A stretch of 63,360 bases of DNA, counting the filler, from Licmophora abbreviata (taxonomy: Eukaryota): assembly GCA_900291995.1 (NCBI GenBank). It is 4 parts of 4 records of this genome, joined end to end, with 100 filler letters (N's around TTAATTAATTAA, not from the genome) between each part and the next. Parts side by side here need not be neighbours in the genome. Positions count along the whole stretch, not along the records: positions 52,070 to 63,360 come from OLMU01002432.1; 3 more parts are not named here. The stretch is one strand, 5' to 3'. Numbering within the stretch: position 1 is the first letter of the stretch; each line of letters starts with the position of its first letter. This document shows, piece after piece, positions 56,299 to 63,360 of this stretch. The position numbers and the translations under genes were made by a program. Under the pieces are notes generated by a model. That model saw nothing but the letters and a program-made list of their open reading frames with translations, searched no databases and was not told the origin of the DNA.

Positions 56299-58551
56299 CT
56301 ACCAATCACTGCTCCCAGTACTGAACTTGCTTCCAATACGACTCGTGTGAATCAGGTTCCCCGTCACTGCATTGCGGCCATGCCACGCCACCGACCGATC
56401 TTTGGCCATGATGTTGAGCGGAATACCACGCTGCACACCACCATTTCCACTACCACCAGTAGACGCCGGCGATACTGTAATCATGTCCCAAGGAGGTGGC
56501 TGGACAATCATGGCACGGGACTTTCGCTGTCTGTCATCCAGCTGTTGAAGGTTTTGCTGCTGCTCTCGAGTCGCAGCAGGATCGTGCTGCTTCGGTGTGA
56601 CAATGCCGTGCTTTTTCATCATTGTCGTTTCCAATACGTTCAAGTCTTGAGCACACAATTTTCCCTTCATCACCATTAACTCAGCAATGGCCCCTTCTCC
56701 GACTCCATCAGAGCCGTCTCCCATACAAAGTGACATGTCGAAACTGTGATCAGAGCCAATCGTCAAGCCGTCGAGACCCGTCGACGTTACGTAGGCAGAG
56801 GTGGTCGTCGTTGTGGTATCCGAAGTTTCGTCGGTAGTGTTTGTAGGGTGCGACGGCTCTTCCACTCCATCAATTCGAATCGAACTATTCTTGCCGTCAA
56901 AGATGGCGACATAGCAGTGCCACGCACCTGGACCTCGTCGCCCACGATGAATCTGCCGGCTGCCGGATGGTGCCACAGAATGATCTTCAGCGCCATCCAA
57001 ATCATCCGCGTCGAAATCTACCTCGGCTCGTATCGCACCGAACAGGCAACGGCACTGCAACTCTCCATTTGTATTGCGATCATATGACACACTGCTTGTG
57101 TCAGACTCGGATGCGAATCCTGCTGAAAACGTATAGGACGCGATCGAGTACGCTGGGGAACGAGAAGCGCTGTCGTCGTCGTCAAGGTCGCCTCCACCAT
57201 TTCCATTGTCGCCTGAGGATATGACATGCCCAGTTCGTCCAAGCGCACTTACGGCAATCGGACTTGGCTCAGTTGCCATACAGACTGGACTCATGTCGAT
57301 CAATTCATCTTGCAGGTTGCTTGGATAGCAGTGTCCCAGCTCCATGCAGTGGGAAAGTCCCGAAAGAAAACATCCGTCTTCCGTGGCAATGCCGACACAC
57401 AATATCGTAATAGGCTCTTGCAACGTTCCACACTCGAACGGTAGTGTCTTCATCCTCAAAGCATGCGATTTTGTGGCATTGAGAAACTGTACACAGGGTT
57501 GAGACGCACCGGCATAGTCAGAGTCCAGCGGGAACTTGTGACGACTCGACAGTACGACCGAGGGGAGAACGTCACGCAGGAAGGCTTGTCGTCGACGATG
57601 TCGCGCCAGTCGCAAGGCACGCTCCTGTCGCATTCGTTGCAGCGCAGTGGAAGGATCCTCCAACGTTTGTTTGCCCTGGTTTTGCATCTGCGCCCGCGAG
57701 GATGCCTGAGTATCACGTTCGCGTCGTAACTGTTCGTCCCAACACAGGCAATACCCCTCGGGTCGTGCAAACGTTGATCCTCGTACAGCGAACGTCGTTT
57801 CGTGTTGTACGACTTGCCCTAATGCATGTCGTTGTTGTTGGTGGTCTTGCTGCAGATCCACGATTGCCTCTTCAAATTTCGTCTCTATAGAGGATGCCTC
57901 CTCCAACACGGAATGTACAAAGTTGGAGGCATACCCAAAGCATTCTAGTACCTCCATGGGTTCGCGGTATCCCCTCCATTCGGGACATCCGAGAAAAGAT
58001 GTACCCCCTTCTTGTTGTTGATGATGATTTGTCAAAATGGTATGAATCGATGGTTTGGTATTCTTATGATTGACGATATGCTCGTTCTGATGATTTTGTG
58101 AAACGTTGTTGTTGACTGCATCGTCATGATGGTGTGAGGCAAGAGGATGATTGACCTGCCAGAGATCCGTGCTACTAGTACTAGATTCCGACAAGCGCTG
58201 CAATTGAATTCCCGAGGGTGCGAACCAGGCTGCAACGAAAGTTTCATGGACAGTAACATTACGGTGGCGAGAATTGGTGCTTTTCGGGCTCGATGTACCA
58301 GTATCATCGTCAGTGGCATGGGAGTGTCGATCGCCGCCTTGTGGCAAGAGGTATCGAAGCATGGATGGTAGTAGTAGCAAGGGACGTGGAGGAGCGCACT
58401 TGAGTGCATCTGTCTGAACCTGCCGTAAGAGTTGCTGCTGTACCAAAGACCGCCAGTGTCGATTGATATTGGACAAGACGGCCAGTTCTGTATTGGAAGA
58501 CACGTTGTCGACGAGCCAGGCCACTCCGGGACTCGGAAAGTCGTCCATCAT
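56299..58551 (-). CDS. Hypothetical protein with F-box-like N-terminus and C-terminal LamG/ConA-like domain
   Basis: ELAVLSNINRHWRSLV (F-box-like); WHCYVAIFDGKNSSIRIDG, LTIGSD, GAIAELMV...LE...KKHG (LamG-like). Confidence 0.6.
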   Translation of the reverse strand: MMDDFPSPGVAWLVDNVSSNTELAVLSNINRHWRSLVQQQLLRQVQTDALKCAPPRPLLLLPSMLRYLLPQGGDRHSHATDDDTGTSSPKSTNSRHRNVTVHETFVAAWFAPSGIQLQRLSESSTSSTDLWQVNHPLASHHHDDAVNNNVSQNHQNEHIVNHKNTKPSIHTILTNHHQQQEGGTSFLGCPEWRGYREPMEVLECFGYASNFVHSVLEEASSIETKFEEAIVDLQQDHQQQRHALGQVVQHETTFAVRGSTFARPEGYCLCWDEQLRRERDTQASSRAQMQNQGKQTLEDPSTALQRMRQERALRLARHRRRQAFLRDVLPSVVLSSRHKFPLDSDYAGASQPCVQFLNATKSHALRMKTLPFECGTLQEPITILCVGIATEDGCFLSGLSHCMELGHCYPSNLQDELIDMSPVCMATEPSPIAVSALGRTGHVISSGDNGNGGGDLDDDDSASRSPAYSIASYTFSAGFASESDTSSVSYDRNTNGELQCRCLFGAIRAEVDFDADDLDGAEDHSVAPSGSRQIHRGRRGPGAWHCYVAIFDGKNSSIRIDGVEEPSHPTNTTDETSDTTTTTTSAYVTSTGLDGLTIGSDHSFDMSLCMGDGSDGVGEGAIAELMVMKGKLCAQDLNVLETTMMKKHGIVTPKQHDPAATREQQQNLQQLDDRQRKSRAMIVQPPPWDMITVSPASTGGSGNGGVQRGIPLNIMAKDRSVAWHGRNAVTGNLIHTSRIGSKFSTGSSDW

Positions 58552-59050
58552 GTGGCAATGGTTTTCTATAATTCGGTCTGGAAACAAGGACCCGTTTGTA
58601 ACATCGATAAACTAAGGTCTAGCATGGGCTTGTGTAGAGATTAAATTGACAGTCGTTTGTCGCTCCGGGGTGGAGGATGCTATGATTACTGGAAGTCTAA
58701 TGAGCATCTCAGATCGCCCATCACGCACCTCTTTTTTCTTTTCTTCCGAAACATGAGAACTCAGTTCGCGCTCTAGTCGTCGCTATCTTTGGTGGGAGCT
58801 CAAAGATATGACTCCTCATCAGACGCCCATCAGACGGCCAGAACATGGCCATGATGGTCTTTCTTTTTCTTTTTTGAAACTGGGCGAACTCGCGTCATCT
58901 GTATGGCTACCAGCTCACAATGGCAAACCACAACACAACAACAAACGAAACACAGCCATTGACGATTGATTCACACAAGAGTCACACAAGAACGACGATC
59001 GACGCTATCTTATTTTAGGTCTTTTACAGACTTTCCTTTCTTTCCTGAGC

Positions 59051-60280
59051 ATGAGCAACGAAAACAGCACTGAAGAGACGTCCTTACTGAGCGGCAATGA
59101 AGCACGCAAGGCATACGAAGAAATTGACGCAGAAGCGTCGCGGTGCGTCGTACTGTTTTTTCTCACTGATTCATAAATTACTCTGTAAAGTACACGCAGA
59201 TCTGTTACATCAACTAATTCCCTGTTCTTCTCGTTCCTATTTTCCAAATTTGACACTTCTAAATTTGACATCAGTGCCTTTCATGACAAGAAGGCAAGCA
59301 GTACTTCCGAAGAAATGCATCAAAAGGAAGGCGGCTTGTTGAAACCCATGATCTTTGGTGGCCTCGACGGTATTCTCACTTCCTTTGCCATTGTTGCTGG
59401 TGCGGCCGGTGGCAATTTGAGCACAGGCGTCGTACTCATTCTTGGCTTTAGTAACATATTTGCGGATGCACTGAGTATGGGTGTGGGGGAGTTTCTCAGT
59501 AGCAAAGCGGAGAATGAATGGATTCTATCGGAGCGACGTAGGGAAGAGTGGGAGTTGGAGAATTATCCCGAAGGCGAAATTCAGGAAATGATTGAAATCT
59601 ATCAAGAGCGTGGGATGTCGCTCCAGGACGCGCAACTCGTCATCAACACCATGGCCAAGTACAAACAGTTCTTCGTCGATGTCATGATGAATCAAGAGCT
59701 CGAACTGATGGTACCGGAAGAAGATCATGTACGAGAGAGTTTTAGAGAAGGTGTGTGCGTGTGTGTCTGTGTGCATGATTGTGCTGTAGTAGGATCGAAA
59801 TGTGTATCAAGGTCAAGACGCTTACACACGAGATCGTATGAAATATCAAACACAGGTGTCATTATGTTCTGCTCCTTTGCCATCTTTGGGGCATTTCCGT
59901 TGCTGGGATATGTTTTGTTTCCAACACTCTTTCCGGGCATGGACGAGGATGGATTGTTCATTAGCGCATGCTGCGTTACCGGGGTCGTTTTGTTCTTTAT
60001 GGGATGTGTCAAGAGTTTGTTTAGGTAAAATACTATGCATGGTGCTACCGATTTGTGCGAGCCGTAACAGTGCTCTCCTGATGGAAGAAGTTTTCGGTTC
60101 CGACAATGTTTGTTTTACTTTGCTCACACATCACCATGCCGTGTCGCACCGCCTTTCTTCTTTTTGTGTAGCACACATCATTGGTTCAGTTGCGGACTCG
60201 AAACGCTAATGTTGGGCGGTGCCTGTGCCACGCTTGCCTTTACAATTGGACAGTTCGTCGACTACCTCGGTGTGGCGTAA
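59051..60280 (+). CDS. VIT1: Vacuolar iron/manganese transporter VIT1/CCC1 family; introns 59143-59274, 59751-59855, 60025-60171
   Basis: IFGGLDGILTSFAIVAG, ADALSMGVGEFLS, ERRREEWE, MMNQEL and FGAFPLLGY. The three introns give a continuous frame to TAA at 60280. Confidence 0.93.
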
Positions 60281-60556
60281 GCAGCGATGACACTAGAAAA
60301 AACGATGCGTCGCATATAGCAAGTAGAGAAGAACGACCGAGTTTAGTACTGAAGTAAGCTCACGGTTTTACTGAAGTATGCCTTTTTCGAATGTTTCAGC
60401 AGAAGTTGGCTGCTATACACTTATTATTGACATGCATGCCTGCTGAAAGTTTTCCGCCTGTCGAGCTTGGCATTAGCACTTGCGCGACATCAAGTCGCAA
60501 TTGAAGGGTGTTTCCCGTGATTGTCGACTCGCTCTCATATTGTGGTGCACGCCTGC

Positions 60557-61250
60557 TCATCGCTTATTGGACGACGACTTTTCGACTCGCTCCATCAAGG
60601 CATCCACGCCTTGCGTAAAGAGTTCACATCGTATCGGCATTTCCAATTCGTAAAAGGGATCCTTCAAGGCACAATCGGCATACAAGACGTAAAGCTCCTT
60701 GAGCACATGGTCGATATCTGGTGTCCCTTGTTCGGCACTGAGGATGTTGCAATTGAAGATGATATGGACAGGAATCGAGACGAGCAACATGAAGGAAGTC
60801 AGTCAGTCACTTTCTTTTTTCCACAGCACAAGAGATCAATGGCACTCACGTCACGACAAACTTGACCCCTGTTCGTGTTTGAAAACACTTGAGTATCATT
60901 CCATCGGCTTCAATCTGCTCAATGCCATCGTCGGCCCCGTCTGAAAATTACAAAGTAGAAAGTATGAAAACGCACGTTCAGTCGAAATATCTTAAAAAAG
61001 GATCCTGGTGATTCCAATCTTACTGATCCACATTGTAATTTGAGTAAATCAGTTCCAACGTACAGGAATTCTTGTTGTTGGGCGCTTTCACCGGACTCGC
61101 TTCCGCCGCAATGGCGTGCAGCGAATGAAAGGTCGAGCCAATTCGAAGCCACTCGTTTGTGCCGATTTTCGGAGATCTTTTGTCGCTTAAAGGCCGGTGA
61201 TGGATCAGACCGCCACTCTTATTGACAATGAACAAGTGAAGGAACGTCAT
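60557..61250 (-). CDS. TRAPPC4: TRAPP complex subunit 4 (Trs23/synbindin); introns 60941-61063 and 60738-60849
   Basis: IVNKSGGLI, TNEWLRIGSTFHSLHAI, CFQTRTGVKFV, YADCALKDPFYELEMPIRCELF. Confidence 0.95.
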
Positions 61251-61666
61251 GGGGAGAAGAAGGAGACTTTAAGAAAAGGGTAGACAATGACTGCCAGGGA
61301 CAGTGTTGCCGTCTTCATTTTGTCATCGCGAGAGGGGAGACTTTCTTTTTGGAGATGTCGATACGAGGTCTTTCATGAGAGCTCGTCTCGAAATCAATGT
61401 CGTCCGCGCGGTCGTCGCGCGCGTTGATTTCGTCAATCCATCTTGAATTTATGTGGACGATTGACAATGGCCGGTGAGCGGCGTATGGATGGTCTCCTTC
61501 TCCTCTGGAAAGACGTCAGCCACACCAGCGAGGTTGAAATTTATGTAACCCAATCTTGGAACATGTTTTGACGAACGTGCGCTCCTCCATAAAGAATAAA
61601 AAAGAGAAAAAAATCAATCTACTACTTCAACAAACAGAAAGACTAGTACACACCACTGCCATCATC

Positions 61667-62659
61667 ATGTCTTCCTCATCGTTTCCTGTACGCCGTCTGG
61701 TCACCATGGGTGTCGTCGGGGGCGGTGCATATGCTGCGGCTGCCTATTGGACCTATCGTTACCTCACTGCGGGGCAGCTTGATCAAGAGGAGACGCAGCA
61801 GCTACTACAACATCGACAGAAATCACCATCGTCAATACTACAATCCGCCAACAATACGACGTCATCTTCATTTGTTCGAGACTCTCAGTATCGAATGGAA
61901 CAGTTTCAGCGTATTTCGGATTCCTACGACAGTCAGATTGAACGAGACGAGTTCTACATGGGTATTGGTCTCTTGCGACGCATGCTCTTGTATTGGCATG
62001 CGTCTGGAGATGTCTTGGAAGTTGGCGCTGGGACGGGAAGAAATATCGACTACTATCCCTCCAATGTCCGTCGCGTCGTCTTGACGGATTCCTCTCAAGG
62101 CATGTTGGAACAAGCGAGACAAAAGATAGCATCCGTAGCAACAACAAAAACGCGCCGTCGCTTTGCCTGTTTGGAAGCAGATGCCAGTCACCTGCATCAT
62201 CGCTTTCCTAATGACTCGTTCGACACTGTCGTTGACACTTTTGGCTTGTGCAGCTACGATGATCCCGTCGTGGTCTTGAAGGAGATGGCACGCGTGTGCA
62301 AATCAGAAAACGGCAAGATATTATTGCTGGAGCACGGACGGAGTCATTCGTGGAAGTCACTTTCGGAGTATCTCGACAAGAATGCAGAGCGGCATGCGAA
62401 GAACTGGGGGTGTGTGTGGAATCGAGACTTGGACAAGGTACTGGAGGAGGCGGGCTTGGACATTGAGCGAAAGGATACGTGGCATTTTGGAACGACGTAT
62501 TACGTTGTGTGTCGACCTAGAAAGCGGGCGAGTAGTCGTGTCGAGGAACGAGCGATTCTCGCGACGAGTGATTCGGAAGAGGAGGGTTCTACACGAGTGG
62601 TAGGACCGTTGCGATCTGGTGGATGTCGATGTCATCGTAATGATGGCAGCGATCGGTAG
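61667..62659 (+). CDS. OMS1-like mitochondrial class I SAM methyltransferase
   Basis: N-terminal TM; GDVLEVGAGTGRN, FDTVVDTFGLCS, LLEHGRS, WGCVWNRD and WHFGTTY. Confidence 0.85.
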   Translation: MSSSSFPVRRLVTMGVVGGGAYAAAAYWTYRYLTAGQLDQEETQQLLQHRQKSPSSILQSANNTTSSSFVRDSQYRMEQFQRISDSYDSQIERDEFYMGIGLLRRMLLYWHASGDVLEVGAGTGRNIDYYPSNVRRVVLTDSSQGMLEQARQKIASVATTKTRRRFACLEADASHLHHRFPNDSFDTVVDTFGLCSYDDPVVVLKEMARVCKSENGKILLLEHGRSHSWKSLSEYLDKNAERHAKNWGCVWNRDLDKVLEEAGLDIERKDTWHFGTTYYVVCRPRKRASSRVEERAILATSDSEEEGSTRVVGPLRSGGCRCHRNDGSDR

Positions 62660-62960
62660 CAGTGTTGTCGGTCTAGTCTACCTGTAGTAGTCTGCACCGG
62701 AGTACTAAGTTAGAGGCTTGTCAAACGCCATCATCATAATGATACATGAACCCGAGAGAAAGCTCGTTCGACGATGAGAAAGCGTTCTGTTTGCGCTTGT
62801 CCTTCGTACGTGAGTCTCTTCAACTTGCGTGCGCGCGCGCTTTGCGTACGTAGGTTTCCGTAGTTGAACTTTTTTCTTCCGCTTCGCGCCACGCATTTTT
62901 GTCATTTGTCTTTCGTCGCCAACCAACAAGGCACAAACAGCACATATCTATCCGTCGATC

Positions 62961-63108
62961 ATGAGCAGCAACGTTCCAGGAGCCGTTCTTCTTGCACCTT
63001 CGCCTGCGGGTGAGCAGGTCCATGACTTCATGTACTACCTGAAGGGCGCTGCTGCCGGTGGGATTTGCTGTTCCATCACGCACGGCGCTCTTACGCCAGT
63101 CGACGTCG
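62961..63108 (+). CDS. Mitochondrial phosphate carrier (SLC25A3/MIR1-like), first exon only; intron starts at 63109 and gene continues past the window
   Basis: GAAAGGICCSITHGALTPVDV followed by a GTACGT donor. Confidence 0.88.
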
Positions 63109-63360
63109 GTACGTACTCTACGGTACAATCTCTACTGTCTCGTGCGCCTTCTCTTCCTTTGAGAAGAAAAGCGAGACGTTTGCTTCTGGTTGGCTTTCAT
63201 GCTCCCTAGTACTCACGTGGCACTCAGAATGCTAAACGATGGTGTCCTGCGGCCGTTCTGGGCCATTTCGTCGCCTCAAATTCGACTGGGGCGTCATCCT
63301 TGAGAGCTACATCCAACAACATCACGCCTCCCGTCGTCCATCACGAGCGGCGCGAATCTC

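Noticed and set aside
15681..61250. Apparent concentration of membrane-trafficking genes (VPS9, complexin-like, GET4, INPP5, V-ATPase C, COPI-associated, P5A-ATPase, TRAPPC4)
   Set aside because: They are interspersed with unrelated housekeeping genes and separated by gaps of unknown size; no evidence of a functional cluster.

Overview
Gene-dense eukaryotic nuclear DNA, most likely a pennate diatom (stramenopile). This rests on short GT-AG introns of about 75-340 nt, bipartite plastid-targeting presequences (e.g. ACA-FTP on EF-Ts) and roughly 37 protein genes in 63 kb. It is a draft scaffold: three artificial 100-nt spacers (N44-TTAATTAATTAA-N44) interrupt genes, and four single-base frameshifts break otherwise conserved genes. 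Recognisable genes include UPRT, a STELLO-like glycosyltransferase, a kinesin-4-like motor, a sulfotransferase, IMP1, transketolase, VPS9, MOSC, BCKDHB, plastid EF-Ts, PPR-Smr, a lipase, GET4, an inositol 5-phosphatase, V-ATPase C, FBXO9, PA-RING, P5A-ATPase, NDUFAF6, LCM, OGFOD2, VIT1, TRAPPC4, an OMS1-like methyltransferase and a mitochondrial phosphate carrier. I found no rRNA, tRNA, CRISPR array or clear transposon. The most notable observations are: (1) an 84-aa ORF resembling animal complexin, a SNARE-fusion regulator not expected in stramenopiles; (2) a dsRBD + proline-rich + BuGZ-type GLEBS protein; (3) a PPR-Smr protein with no organellar presequence and an RG-rich tail; (4) TPPP/p25alpha-like repeats in the kinesin tail, with a decayed extra repeat past the stop codon; (5) a plastid EF-Ts of the long proteobacterial type. 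All family assignments come from motif recognition and recall, not database searches.
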